The position numbers and the translations under genes are program-made. This document shows positions 17,401 through 27,785 of a stretch of DNA of 64,000 nucleotides, piece by piece (the stretch's first letter is position 1; each line of letters opens with the position of its first letter). Source of the stretch: an uncultured Bacteroides sp. (GTDB lineage Bacteria; Bacteroidota; Bacteroidia; Bacteroidales; Muribaculaceae); contig CAZPHN010000002.1 in NCBI GenBank assembly GCA_964586765.1, positions 83,628-147,627 of the forward strand, in the 5' to 3' direction. The notes beneath the pieces were generated by a model that was given only the letters and a program-made list of their open reading frames with translations, had not been told where the DNA came from and ran no database searches.

Positions 17401-17408
17401 TAAATTTG
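17401..17408 (+). promoter_or_regulatory. -7 promoter motif TAAATTTG for the two-component operon
   Basis: Exact TAnnTTTG match 47 nt upstream of the ATG at 17455. Confidence 0.45.
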
Positions 17409-17454
17409 CGTACATTTTGTAGACCGAAACTATAACAATTCACCTATTAATTAG

Positions 17455-18159
17455 ATGCGAGTAAGAATTTTAGTTATTGACGACGAGGAGTCAATCTGCG
17501 AAATACTGAAATACAACCTCGAAAAAGAAGGTTATGAAGTCAATACCGCCTATTCAGCAGAGGAGGCTTTGACCATGGACCTTCCGTCCTATCAGCTTTT
17601 CATTGTAGATATAATGATGGACAAACTGAGCGGATTTGATTTCGCCGGTAAGCTGAAAAACAATGAAGAACTTGAAAACAAGCCCATTATATTCTGTACG
17701 GCATTGGCAGACGAGGATGATACCGTCATGGGTCTGAATCTCGGAGCCGATGATTATATCACCAAGCCGTTTTCTATTCCTGAGGTTCTTGCGCGCGTGC
17801 GTTCGGTGCTTCGTCGCAGTAATATTCAGGACCATCTTCAGGCTAACCGCTCGAAGGCAAAATATGAGGCAGACATTGTCTTTCAGGGTCTGCGCCTGAA
17901 CCGTAACGAGAAAGTATGTTACATCGACGGTCAGGTAACCCCGCTGAGCCGCACGGAGTTTGACCTGCTTCTCTTCTTCCTTGAACACCGTAACCGCGTG
18001 TACTCTCGCGAGGAAATTATCCGCAACGTCTGGACAAACGTGGTAAGCAACCGCACGGTTGACACCAGCCTTACCCGCCTGCGAACCAAACTCGGCGCAT
18101 ATGGCAAACATATTGAAACGAGAGTTGGGTTCGGTTATGGATTTAAAGAAAACGTTTAG
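17455..18159 (+). CDS. OmpR/PhoB-type response regulator (RprY-like)
   Basis: 234 aa ORF with a receiver domain (ILVIDDEESI, FIVDIMMDKLSGFDF) and a winged-helix C-terminus (LSRTEFDLLLFFLEHRNRVYSREEII). Confidence 0.88.
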   Translation: MRVRILVIDDEESICEILKYNLEKEGYEVNTAYSAEEALTMDLPSYQLFIVDIMMDKLSGFDFAGKLKNNEELENKPIIFCTALADEDDTVMGLNLGADDYITKPFSIPEVLARVRSVLRRSNIQDHLQANRSKAKYEADIVFQGLRLNRNEKVCYIDGQVTPLSRTEFDLLLFFLEHRNRVYSREEIIRNVWTNVVSNRTVDTSLTRLRTKLGAYGKHIETRVGFGYGFKENV

Positions 18160-19657
18160 TCTTCAATGGCGGTTGTTTTTACCGCTTACAGCCCTGTTAT
18201 GGCTGATTATTGGCTGTCTCGTGGTCTACATGGTCCGCCACGAGAAGGAGGTCAAGCGCGATAACATAGAGCTTCAGCTGAAGAACGTCAGCACTACCCT
18301 TGTAAAGGCGTATGAGGACGGTCAGGATTTACAGCATGTTATAGAGTTCATTGACATATATAACGATAACACTATTCTGGACGCCTTGCGCGTCACTGTC
18401 TACGACCAGTACGATACCCCGATAGCGTCGACTCCGGTGCCGGTGTTGATCGAGGATGACAGGCATAACGTCATTCCCGAGATTAGGGAAATTCGCGATG
18501 CGGATGAAATTGATGAGGTAACATCGATTCGTCCCTCGGTGGCTGACCGGGAGCGACTGATGATTAACGCCATGGAGAGTAATGACGGAGCCATTCAGGT
18601 GCTTTCCGCTACTCCTTATAATAATGTGATTACACATGCGCTGTCGTATGACACCATGGTATGGGCCATTGTGATTGTACTCACCGTGGTGGTGACCGGC
18701 GTAGCGTTTTATCTCTGTTCGCTCGTCAGCCGCAACGTCTATACTCTGCGTGACTTTGCTACCAAGGCGTCGGAGGGTAGAATTCCGGATATCGAGCATA
18801 TGACCTTCGGTCACGACGAGCTGGGCGAAGTCAGCCGTCAGATAGTGCGTATCTACTTGGCTAAGGATAAGGCTCTCATTCGCAGCCAGCACGAACATGA
18901 AGTGGCAATGCGCGCCGTCAGCGAGCGCGAGCGCGTAAAGCGTCAGATGAGCAATAACATAAACCATGAGCTCAAGACCCCCGTCGGAATTATTAAAGGC
19001 TACTTGGACACCATCAATTCAGACCCGGATATGCCGGAAGGTCTGCGTAGGTCCTTCCTTGAGAAGGCACAGGCTCATGCCGAACGCCTGACACAGCTGC
19101 TCAAGGATGTCAGCTCCATCACGCGTCTTGAAGACGGTAACCAGCAGGTTGAACTGACGGATTTTGACTTCCACGACCTTGTTTACTCCATAGCCAATGA
19201 CCTTGAGGTGAGCCATATAAACGGAGCCCTTGAGTTCAGTTATGAGGTTCCGTTTGATTGTATGATTCGCGGTAACTACACCCTTCTGACCAACGCACTG
19301 ATGAATCTGGTGCGTAACTCTGCTAATTATTCCCACGGCACACGCATTGATTTGCGACTCGTAGACCAGACGGATGATTTCTATAAATTTGAGTTCAAGG
19401 ATGATGGTATAGGTGTTGCCGATGAGCATCTGCCGCGCCTTTTCGAGCGATTCTATCGCGTAGATGAAGGACGCGCGCGCAAGAGCGGCGGTACGGGTCT
19501 CGGTCTACCCATTGTCAAGAGTACCGTGGTAGCGATGGGCGGTGACATTACGGTGAGCAATGCCGACCCCCACGGACTCTGCTTCACGTTCACCATCCCC
19601 AAGGCTGGTTCCAATATAAGTTCGAATACTTCGGAAAATACTAATACCAATAAATAA
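18137..19657 (+). CDS. Sensor histidine kinase (RprX-like), two TM segments
   Basis: The H-box is NNINHELKTPV. N and G boxes are present (LVRNSANYS, DDGIGV, GGTGLGL). I chose the ATG at 18137 (MDLKKTFSLQW), which overlaps the regulator by 23 nt. The ORF maximum begins at 18059. Confidence 0.85.
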   Translation: MDLKKTFSLQWRLFLPLTALLWLIIGCLVVYMVRHEKEVKRDNIELQLKNVSTTLVKAYEDGQDLQHVIEFIDIYNDNTILDALRVTVYDQYDTPIASTPVPVLIEDDRHNVIPEIREIRDADEIDEVTSIRPSVADRERLMINAMESNDGAIQVLSATPYNNVITHALSYDTMVWAIVIVLTVVVTGVAFYLCSLVSRNVYTLRDFATKASEGRIPDIEHMTFGHDELGEVSRQIVRIYLAKDKALIRSQHEHEVAMRAVSERERVKRQMSNNINHELKTPVGIIKGYLDTINSDPDMPEGLRRSFLEKAQAHAERLTQLLKDVSSITRLEDGNQQVELTDFDFHDLVYSIANDLEVSHINGALEFSYEVPFDCMIRGNYTLLTNALMNLVRNSANYSHGTRIDLRLVDQTDDFYKFEFKDDGIGVADEHLPRLFERFYRVDEGRARKSGGTGLGLPIVKSTVVAMGGDITVSNADPHGLCFTFTIPKAGSNISSNTSENTNTNK

Positions 19658-19665
19658 GAATTACA

Positions 19666-20640
19666 ATGAATATCGCATTAGCCGTAATCGTGGTAATCCT
19701 TGCAATCGTCGTGATAAGCGCGGGTGTCAAGGTTGTACCGCAGTCCGAGACCAGAGTAGTTGAGCGTCTGGGACGTTTCCACAGTGTGCTTCCTCCCGGT
19801 CTGAATTTCCTTATTCCCTTTATTGATAAACCCAAGACAATATATACCCGCCGGGTAGAGACCGCAGTGGGCGGACGTCATATTGTACGTAACTCTGCTA
19901 CGGCAGTCATTGACCTTCGCGAACAGGTCTATGACTTCCCTTCGCAGCAGGTAATCACCCGCGATAACGTAACCACCGAAATCAACGCCCTTCTCTACTT
20001 CCAGATTGTTGACCCGAAAAAGGCGGTTTATGAAATCGATAACCTCCCCAACGCTATCGAAAAACTGACCCAGACCTCGCTGCGTAACGTTATAGGCGAG
20101 CTTGAGCTCGACGAGACCCTGACAAGCCGCGACACCATAAACTCAAAGTTGCAGGTAATCCTTGATGACGCCACAAACAAGTGGGGCGTAAAGGTGAACC
20201 GCGTGGAGCTTCAGGACATCACTCCGCCCGAATCGGTCCGTGTGGCGATGGAAAAGCAGATGCAGGCGGAACGTAACCGTCGCGCCGAAATCCTTAACGC
20301 CGAAGGTAAGAAACAGAGCCTTATTCTCCAGTCCGAGGGTGAGAAGGCATCGAAAATCAATGCTGCCGAGGCTGTCAAGCAGGCTGAAATTCTGCGCGCT
20401 GAAGGTGAGGCTCAGGCCATTATTCTCAACGCTCAGGCTGAGGCAGAGGCTATCCGCCGGGTTGCTGACGCGGTTGCCGCATCAAATACCGACCCCGCTA
20501 CCTATATGCTCGCAATGAAATATATCGATACCCTCCGCGAAATGACCTCCGGTCAGGACAACAAGACGGTTTATATTCCTTACGAAGCATCATCTGTCCT
20601 TTCCTCAATCGGTTCTATCCAGACCCTCTTCAAGAAATAA
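19666..20640 (+). CDS. SPFH/Band-7 (stomatin-like) membrane protein
   Basis: 324 aa ORF with an N-terminal TM segment, then VKVVPQSETRVVERLGRFHSVLPPGLNFLIPFID and a C-terminal Ala/Glu-rich coiled coil. Confidence 0.88.
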   Translation: MNIALAVIVVILAIVVISAGVKVVPQSETRVVERLGRFHSVLPPGLNFLIPFIDKPKTIYTRRVETAVGGRHIVRNSATAVIDLREQVYDFPSQQVITRDNVTTEINALLYFQIVDPKKAVYEIDNLPNAIEKLTQTSLRNVIGELELDETLTSRDTINSKLQVILDDATNKWGVKVNRVELQDITPPESVRVAMEKQMQAERNRRAEILNAEGKKQSLILQSEGEKASKINAAEAVKQAEILRAEGEAQAIILNAQAEAEAIRRVADAVAASNTDPATYMLAMKYIDTLREMTSGQDNKTVYIPYEASSVLSSIGSIQTLFKK

Positions 20641-20661
20641 CAAAAGGAGACCTATCAGACC

Positions 20662-21111
20662 ATGTCAGTTTGGATTATTTGGATATCTGTTGCGGCTTTG
20701 CTGCTGATAATCGAGGTGTTTACTCAGATGTTCTGGACGCTTTGTCTGGCAATAGGCTGTATAGGCGCGCTTGTGGGTAATCTGCTTGGCGTGGGTACGG
20801 CTTGGGAACTTATTATTCTGTCTGTAGTGTCATTTGCCGCCTATGCTTTGCTCGCTCCGGTATTCGAGCGTTGGCATCAGCGTCAGCTGGCAAAGTCGGG
20901 ACGCACGGACCGTACCGGCATGGATGCCCTTCTGGGTCGTAAGGCTATTGTAACGTCTGAAATCAAACCCGGGGAGATGGGGCGCGCACGCATTGACGGT
21001 GACTCATGGCAGGTTGTCGCACCCCATGCCGCCGAAACCATCCGCAAGGGTGCGGAAGTGGTCGTCGAGGGTTATGATTCGATAATCCTGACAGTCGCTC
21101 CTCGCGTATGA
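20662..21111 (+). CDS. NfeD-family membrane protein, the partner of the SPFH protein
   Basis: 149 aa ORF with hydrophobic N-terminal helices plus a C-terminal OB-like segment (GRARIDGDSWQVVAP...VVVEGYDSIILTV). It is adjacent to an SPFH gene. Confidence 0.8.
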   Translation: MSVWIIWISVAALLLIIEVFTQMFWTLCLAIGCIGALVGNLLGVGTAWELIILSVVSFAAYALLAPVFERWHQRQLAKSGRTDRTGMDALLGRKAIVTSEIKPGEMGRARIDGDSWQVVAPHAAETIRKGAEVVVEGYDSIILTVAPRV

Positions 21112-22937
21112 GCGATGTCATTAAGCTGCTCCCGGACTCCGTCGCCAATCAGATTGCTGCGGGCGAGGTAATCCAGCGTCCCGCCTCGGTGGTGAAGGAG
21201 CTGGTCGAGAATGCCGTTGATGCCGGTGCTACGGAAATCAGTGTCATAATAAAGGATGCGGGACGCACGCTTATTCAGGTCGTCGACAATGGCTGCGGAA
21301 TGTCAGCCACCGATGCCCGTCTCGCCTTTGAGCGTCATTCCACTTCGAAAATACGTAAAGCCGATGACCTTTTCTCGCTCCATACAATGGGGTTTCGCGG
21401 TGAGGCATTGGCGTCGATATGTGCGGTAAGTCAGGTAGACTTGCGCACCATGCGCCGCGGCGATAACTGCGGCACCCGTATTATCATAAACGGGTCGAAG
21501 GTTGAAAGCCAGCAGCCGGAAGCATGCGTTCCCGGCTCGAACCTTATGGTCCGCAACCTGTTCTTTAATGTACCCGCCCGGCGCAAGTTTCTCAAAAAGG
21601 ACTCGGTTGAGATGTCTAATATCATCCACGAGTTCGAGCGTCTCGCATTGGTCAATCCCTCGGTCGAGCTGACGCTGGTCCATAATGACATAACGCTCCA
21701 TAAACTGCCGCCGGCACCCATGCGCAAGCGTATTGTCGACCTTTTCGGCAAAAGCCTTGACGCCCAGCTGATACCAGTGGAGACGGATACGGATATGGTA
21801 CGTCTGAGCGGCTTCATTGTGCGTCCGGAACATTGCCGGAAACGTGGTGCGCTGCAATATCTGTTTGTCAATGGCAGAAATATGCGCCATCCGTACTTTC
21901 ATAAGGCGATAATGCAGTGTTACGAGACGCTGATACCCGCCGATGAGCAGCCCAACTACTTCATTGACTTCAATGTCGACCCTCAGACCATTGATGTAAA
22001 TATCCATCCTACTAAAAACGAAATCAAGTTCGAGCAGGAGCAGAGCATCCGCCAGATTCTCTATGCTGCCGTCAAGGAGACCATAGGTCGTTACAATGCC
22101 GCTCCGCAGATTGATTTTGCATCGCTGACGGAGGAACAGCCGGATATTCCCGCCCCCGGATTTTCGACTCCCGGCGGGCAGTATGCGCGCCCCGTCGCAC
22201 CCCCGGCAGGCAGCGGCGGTTACAATCCTTTTTCCCGCTCGGTCTCATCGGTCAAGAACTGGGAGGAACTTTACAGAAATTTTGAGGCAGACCGCGCTCA
22301 GGCTCTTGAACGAGTCGAACACTCCATTCCGTCGACCATCAACGGTCTTGACGAGTCTGTTTCGGAGCCTGATGCCGATTGTCGGACGCTTCACGTCGGT
22401 AACCGCTATGTCGCGCTTTCCGATTCACGCGGACTGCGCATCGTTGACCTCCGGCGTGCCCATCAGACCGTGCTTTTCAATCGTTTTATGGGAGCGTCAG
22501 GCTCCGTGGCGTCAGGTCAGCGGCTGCTTTTCCCTGAAACCGTCCATTTTGAGCCTTCGGAAACACCCCTGATGGATGAACTCGAGCCTAAACTTGCGGC
22601 TATGGGTTTCGATTTGGCTCCGCTTGGCGGAGGCGATTGGGCGATAAATGCCGTCCCTGCGGGTACCGACTCCCATAATCCTGCGGAAATGCTTACAGAG
22701 GTGGTCCGCACCGTTGCCGCCGATTCGCGCACCGATACGGCGTCGCCGCTTGCCGAGCGTGCCGCCGTCGCGATGGCGGTGGCTGCCTCGTTCCGTCCTG
22801 ACCGCCGTATGAACGATGCCGAGGTGCAGGCATTGCTTGCCGACCTTATGTCGTTACAGCTTCCCGGTTTCTCGCCCACGGGCAAGCCGGTGTTCACTGT
22901 AATTTCCGAAACCGATTTAGCAAAATTTCTGTCATGA
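21108..22937 (+). CDS. mutL: DNA mismatch repair protein MutL
   Basis: 609 aa ORF with the N-terminus IKLLPDSVANQIAAGEVIQRPASVVKELVENAVDAGA and a GHKL ATPase motif (DNGCGM). Confidence 0.93.
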   Translation: MSDVIKLLPDSVANQIAAGEVIQRPASVVKELVENAVDAGATEISVIIKDAGRTLIQVVDNGCGMSATDARLAFERHSTSKIRKADDLFSLHTMGFRGEALASICAVSQVDLRTMRRGDNCGTRIIINGSKVESQQPEACVPGSNLMVRNLFFNVPARRKFLKKDSVEMSNIIHEFERLALVNPSVELTLVHNDITLHKLPPAPMRKRIVDLFGKSLDAQLIPVETDTDMVRLSGFIVRPEHCRKRGALQYLFVNGRNMRHPYFHKAIMQCYETLIPADEQPNYFIDFNVDPQTIDVNIHPTKNEIKFEQEQSIRQILYAAVKETIGRYNAAPQIDFASLTEEQPDIPAPGFSTPGGQYARPVAPPAGSGGYNPFSRSVSSVKNWEELYRNFEADRAQALERVEHSIPSTINGLDESVSEPDADCRTLHVGNRYVALSDSRGLRIVDLRRAHQTVLFNRFMGASGSVASGQRLLFPETVHFEPSETPLMDELEPKLAAMGFDLAPLGGGDWAINAVPAGTDSHNPAEMLTEVVRTVAADSRTDTASPLAERAAVAMAVAASFRPDRRMNDAEVQALLADLMSLQLPGFSPTGKPVFTVISETDLAKFLS

Positions 22938-23860
22938 AGAAAGCTCTCCTGATAGTCAACCCCAAGAGCGGCACATCTGCCGCCTCGAAGGACTCCATAA
23001 TTGAACTGGCGCAGCGGATTTTGCCTCAGGCAGGACTCGAAGTGGAGGTTTCGCGCACTGAGCGACGCGGTCACGCCTCTGAACTTGCCGCCGCGGCTTC
23101 GGCTGCCGGAATTCCCGTGGTTATTGCTGCCGGAGGTGACGGAACCGTTAATGAGACCGCCCGCGCCCTCTGTTATACCGACACCGCCATGGGCATCATT
23201 CCCTGCGGTTCGGGCAACGGACTTGCGCGCCACCTTAATATCCCGATGAACCCGGAAAAGGCTATCGGGGTAGTAGCCGCCGGACGTACCGACGTCATAG
23301 ACTTCTGTACCGCCAACGGCGAGCCGTTTTTCTGTACGTTCGGTATGGGGTTCGACGCGGCAGTGAGTGACCGTTTCGCCTCGCGTCCTGACCGCCGGGG
23401 ACTGAAAAATTATGTCCGTGCTGCCGTTGAGGTTTTTCTACGTTATAAATCACAGGAATATACACTCTCTACCCCTGACGGGAAGCTGACGGAGCGGGCA
23501 TTCATCGTGGCGTGTTGTAATGCCTCGCAGTATGGCAACAATGCGTTTATCGCTCCCCGCGCTTCACTTACCGACGGGCTCATGGATGTTACGGTCATTC
23601 ATCGCGGTACTTGGCTGAGCCACGCCATGAGCGGTCTGCGCATCATGACCGGTTCGCTCGGCGAGTCGGGAAGCGTCAGCATGATTCGCACGGCTGACCT
23701 CCACATAAGCCGTCCCATAGCCGGACCTGCCCATCTTGACGGCGAGGTAGCGCGTCTGGGTAAGGAAATTGACGTGAAATGCAACCATAAAGCCCTGAGG
23801 GTGTTTACTCCCGGCGAGGTTAAAGTGCGCCCGCTGCTGACCACTCTCGGAATTAAATAA
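22934..23860 (+). CDS. Diacylglycerol/lipid kinase family protein (YegS-like)
   Basis: 308 aa ORF with LLIVNPKSG and VIAAGGDGTVNE motifs. Confidence 0.8.
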   Translation: MKKALLIVNPKSGTSAASKDSIIELAQRILPQAGLEVEVSRTERRGHASELAAAASAAGIPVVIAAGGDGTVNETARALCYTDTAMGIIPCGSGNGLARHLNIPMNPEKAIGVVAAGRTDVIDFCTANGEPFFCTFGMGFDAAVSDRFASRPDRRGLKNYVRAAVEVFLRYKSQEYTLSTPDGKLTERAFIVACCNASQYGNNAFIAPRASLTDGLMDVTVIHRGTWLSHAMSGLRIMTGSLGESGSVSMIRTADLHISRPIAGPAHLDGEVARLGKEIDVKCNHKALRVFTPGEVKVRPLLTTLGIK

Positions 23861-24676
23861 ATGAACGAACTGAGCCGAAATCGCGGACAAGGCATACTGA
23901 TGGTGATACGCATTGCCGTCGAGGCTGCCGCTACGTTCTTCATCACCGCTGCATTGCTCCGCTACGGTGCCTTATCGACCGCCATAGGCAGCCAGTTCAT
24001 AAGCTGGCAGCCCGAGGTTGCCACTTTTGCCCTCTCGCTGACGGTCCTTGCCGTATGGCTCGGTATAACCCTCATGTTCGGCAGGATCTACTGCTCGACC
24101 CTATGCCCGCTCGGAGCCATAATGGACCTCGGGGGCAGGGCACGGTCACGCTCACGCGTCTATCGCTATTCGCGTCCCGTCCAGTGGGTGCGCCTTGTGG
24201 TGTTGGTCGTCGTGTTGCTTATGCTTATCAGCGGTCTGGCGTTCCCGCGTGAGTGGCTGCTCCCGTTCGGGCTTTATGCCTCGCTGGTTGACCATCTGCT
24301 CAGTCCGCAGGTATGCGTCGCCTCCTTCGCTTCCGCATTCGTTGTCGGCGTCATCGCCGCCGTGTCTTTCCGCCGCGGGCGTCTGCTGTGTAATACCCTC
24401 TGTCCGGTGGGGACTATATTGGGATTTATGTCGCGTCGGGCAGCCTTCCATTTCGATATAAACACTGACCGCTGCACTCAGTGTCGCCGCTGTGTCGACG
24501 TATGTAAGGCGCAATGTATCGACCTTAATGACCATGTTGTCGACATGAGTCGCTGTGTGGTCTGCTTTGACTGTCTGCCCCAGTGTCCCGACGACGCGAT
24601 AACCTACACCCTTGGCAGACATACCCTCTCTGACCCTCTGCTGATGCCTAAATTTAAAACTTTTGAGAAAAAATGA
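23861..24676 (+). CDS. Polytopic membrane 4Fe-4S ferredoxin-type protein (NapH/MauN-like)
   Basis: 271 aa ORF with several TM segments containing CSTLCP/CNTLCP motifs, plus the C-terminal clusters [11 protein letters not shown] and [12 protein letters not shown]. Confidence 0.6.
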   Translation: MNELSRNRGQGILMVIRIAVEAAATFFITAALLRYGALSTAIGSQFISWQPEVATFALSLTVLAVWLGITLMFGRIYCSTLCPLGAIMDLGGRARSRSRVYRYSRPVQWVRLVVLVVVLLMLISGLAFPREWLLPFGLYASLVDHLLSPQVCVASFASAFVVGVIAAVSFRRGRLLCNTLCPVGTILGFMSRRAAFHFDINTDRCTQCRRCVDVCKAQCIDLNDHVVDMSRCVVCFDCLPQCPDDAITYTLGRHTLSDPLLMPKFKTFEKK

Positions 24677-25470
24677 AACAATATCTTGATTTGCTTAACG
24701 ATATATTGACCAATGGTGTGAAAAAGACCGACCGTACCGGCACCGGCACGATTTCCGTATTCGGACGGCAGATGCGCTATGACCTTGCTGACGGTTTTCC
24801 GCTTGTAACCACTAAAAAGCTCCACCTTAAGTCGATTATCCACGAACTCCTCTGGTTTCTCAAGGGCGACACCAACGTCCGTTACCTTCAGGAAAATGGA
24901 GTCCGCATATGGAACGAATGGGCTGACCCGGAGACCGGCGACCTCGGTCCCGTCTATGGAGCGCAGTGGCGCGCATGGCCTGACGGAAAAGGCGGCTTTA
25001 TCGACCAGATTTCGGAGGTAATCGAGCAAATCAAGACCAACCCTGACAGCCGTCGCCTGATTGTCAGCGCATGGAATGTAGCCCAGATTCCGGACATGGC
25101 TCTGCCTCCATGCCATGCCTTCTTCCAGTTCTATGTGGCGGACGGACGGCTTAGCCTCCAGCTCTATCAGCGGTCAGCCGACTGCTTCCTCGGTGTGCCG
25201 TTCAATATCGCGTCATATGCCCTGCTACTTATGATGGTGGCGCAGGTTACCGGACTGAAACCGGGCGAATTTATCCACACCACGGGCGACACCCACCTCT
25301 ACACCAACCATCTTGAGCAGGCGCGCCTGCAGCTCTCGCGCGAGCCCCGTCCGCTGCCCAAGATGCACCTCAACCCCGACGTCAAATCCATCTTCGACTT
25401 CACCTACTCAGATTTCACCCTGACCGACTACGACCCACACCCCCACATCCCCGCCCCCGTCGCCGTCTAA
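24673..25470 (+). CDS. thyA: Thymidylate synthase
   Basis: 265 aa ORF with [31 protein letters not shown] and the catalytic [11 protein letters not shown]. Confidence 0.95.
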   Translation: MKQYLDLLNDILTNGVKKTDRTGTGTISVFGRQMRYDLADGFPLVTTKKLHLKSIIHELLWFLKGDTNVRYLQENGVRIWNEWADPETGDLGPVYGAQWRAWPDGKGGFIDQISEVIEQIKTNPDSRRLIVSAWNVAQIPDMALPPCHAFFQFYVADGRLSLQLYQRSADCFLGVPFNIASYALLLMMVAQVTGLKPGEFIHTTGDTHLYTNHLEQARLQLSREPRPLPKMHLNPDVKSIFDFTYSDFTLTDYDPHPHIPAPVAV

Positions 25471-25489
25471 CCCTTAGATATTTATTATT

Positions 25490-26494
25490 ATGGCTGATGA
25501 AATAATATTGTATAAGACTGTTGATGGAAGAAATCAGGTAAATCTACTTTCGCGAGACGGAATGGTCTGGCTTAACCAGCAGCAGATGGCGGAACTTTTT
25601 GCCACCTCCAAGCAAAACATCGCATATCATATAGGTAATATATTGGAAGATAGGGAATTGTATGAGGAATCAGTTGTAAAAGATTATTTGATAACTGCCA
25701 CTGACGGCAAAAAGTATACGGTGAAATTTTATTCACTGGAAATGATTATGGCAGTGGGATTTCGTGTCCGATCTGTCCGGGGAGTGCAGTTTAGGCAGTG
25801 GGCAAATGTTCATCTTACCACATATTTGCAAAAAGGATTCGTGATTGATTCCGATCGGCTTAAAAATCCGGATGGAAGACCGGATCATTTTGATGAACTC
25901 CTTGCTGAAATCCGCGAGATTCGTGCATCGGAAAAGCGATTTTATCATAAAGTGCGTGATTTATTTAGTCTTAGCGATGACTATGATAAGACAGATAAAG
26001 CGACTCAAATGTTTTTTGCTGAAGTACAGAATAAATTTTTGTATGCAATTACAGGACAGACTGCTGCGGAAATCATAAAGAGCCGTGCGGATGCTTCAAA
26101 GGAAAATATGGGATTGACATCATGGGATGGTCGAAGGGTAAATAAAGCTGATGTGGTTAGGGCTAAGAATTATTTGAGCAAGGATGAATTGGATGACCTT
26201 AATCGCATTGTTGTTATTTTCCTCGATACAGCTGAATTTAGAGCTAAACGGCGACAATCGACCACCATTACATTCTGGCGTGAAAATGTAGATATGATTT
26301 TATCATCAAATGGGCTGGAACTTTTGGATTGTAAGGGTGGAATAAGTGCTATTCAGGCAGAGGAGTTTGCCAACGCAGAATATGAAAAGTTTAAGATATG
26401 GCGACGCAAAATGGCACTTCAGGAGTCAGATTTTGACGATGAGCAGACTCTTAAAGAAGCTCAAAAAGAAATTTCGACCCGAAAGAAGCCGTGA
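25490..26494 (+). CDS. RhuM-family protein
   Basis: 334 aa ORF with ILYKTVDGRNQVNLLSRDGMVWLNQQQMAELFATSKQNIAYHIGNI...FYSLEMIMAVGFRVRSVRGVQFRQWA, as I recall for the Virulence_RhuM family. GC content is lower than in thyA. Confidence 0.75.
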   Translation: MADEIILYKTVDGRNQVNLLSRDGMVWLNQQQMAELFATSKQNIAYHIGNILEDRELYEESVVKDYLITATDGKKYTVKFYSLEMIMAVGFRVRSVRGVQFRQWANVHLTTYLQKGFVIDSDRLKNPDGRPDHFDELLAEIREIRASEKRFYHKVRDLFSLSDDYDKTDKATQMFFAEVQNKFLYAITGQTAAEIIKSRADASKENMGLTSWDGRRVNKADVVRAKNYLSKDELDDLNRIVVIFLDTAEFRAKRRQSTTITFWRENVDMILSSNGLELLDCKGGISAIQAEEFANAEYEKFKIWRRKMALQESDFDDEQTLKEAQKEISTRKKP

Positions 26495-27618
26495 AAGTAT
26501 CTGTCATTGTTGCCTTAATGGCAGTTCTGTTGTGCGGGTGCAGCCGTAATCCGGTTAGGCAGACTCTTGACGCAGCCGAAGCCATGATGGAGGTGCATCC
26601 TGATTCTGCCCTGACGTTACTAACTAAGATTGACGGGAGAGTGCTGACGGGCGAAACTCAGGCTCGCTATGCACTGCTGTTATCGCAGGCTTATGACAAG
26701 AATTCTGTTGACATTACCAATGACTCGCTGATTTCAATCGCGACAAATTACTATGACACTACCGATGATCTGCAAAATCAGATGCGTTCACGCTATTATC
26801 GGAGCGTCGTGCATATGAATCAGCAGGATTATGATGGAGCCTTGGCTGAGGCTTTGGATGTTGATAAACTTGCCGCAGACCTTGGGGAGCAGGCATATCT
26901 GGTGCGGTCGAAGATTGTGATTGTCCGCGCTTATCTTTTTTCCGGTAATACTGAGGGAGCGCAGGGGTATTTCAAGCAATTGTTGCAGTTGGTTTCCGAT
27001 AAGATAGACAGGCGCGATATTGCATCCGTAGTGGACCTGTATCAGATTCAGGTTGAGTTTGATAAGTATGAGAAGGAAAAAATCAATTCGGAACTGCGCA
27101 TAAAGAGACTGATTGGTATCATTTCTGCGTCGGTTTGTGTAATAATTATTGTCTATCTTATTTTAAGGATTAGAAAGAAAAAAAGTGAGATAGAGGCAGG
27201 CAAAGTTGCGACGAAGGAGCTGTTTGTGGATAAATTCGCTTGGATAGAGGAGCTGGGGAATATATATATTGATGCGGAGGCGTCAAAAACTTCGTCGGAC
27301 AGAGCAAAGAAGGACATGGCTAAGCGGTTAGCTTCGGTAAAGAACCCACAATTTATGCGGGAACTTATAGATGCTATAAACCAATACAGGAACAATCTCA
27401 TCGCGAGGATAACCGCAGAATGTCCATATATTTCAGAGTCTGAAAGGAATATAATCGCCCTGCTTTGCGCAAATCTGTCTACAAGAGTTATCGCCTATAT
27501 TCTCGATATGAAGCCCCAGTCCGTATACAATGCCAAGTCATCCATCAAAAAGAAACTTGAGTTAACCAATCCGGACCTCCTGCAGGAAATGAGCGATATA
27601 CTCCGCGTAAATACCTGA
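26491..27618 (+). CDS. Membrane-anchored one-component regulator with a lipoprotein signal, TPR-like exoplasmic domain, one TM segment and a cytoplasmic LuxR-type HTH
   Basis: 375 aa ORF whose GTG start overlaps the RhuM stop (GTGA). It has a lipobox (LLCGC) and a TM segment (LIGIISASVCVIIIVYLIL). The C-terminus reads SESERNIIALLCANLSTRVIAYILDMKPQSVYNAKSSIKKKL. Confidence 0.65.
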   Translation: MKVSVIVALMAVLLCGCSRNPVRQTLDAAEAMMEVHPDSALTLLTKIDGRVLTGETQARYALLLSQAYDKNSVDITNDSLISIATNYYDTTDDLQNQMRSRYYRSVVHMNQQDYDGALAEALDVDKLAADLGEQAYLVRSKIVIVRAYLFSGNTEGAQGYFKQLLQLVSDKIDRRDIASVVDLYQIQVEFDKYEKEKINSELRIKRLIGIISASVCVIIIVYLILRIRKKKSEIEAGKVATKELFVDKFAWIEELGNIYIDAEASKTSSDRAKKDMAKRLASVKNPQFMRELIDAINQYRNNLIARITAECPYISESERNIIALLCANLSTRVIAYILDMKPQSVYNAKSSIKKKLELTNPDLLQEMSDILRVNT

Positions 27619-27785
27619 TTAAAATCTAATATTAGATTATTTATTGTGAATACTACTGATAACCAGTGTGTTATTGGGTGTGAAAAGTAGTTTAATTTCG
27701 GCTTATTTTTGATAAAAATCAAAAATTCTGTCGAACTTTGCGATAGATTTTTTACACTAATTATTAATTCAAAAAAACATCGCAA

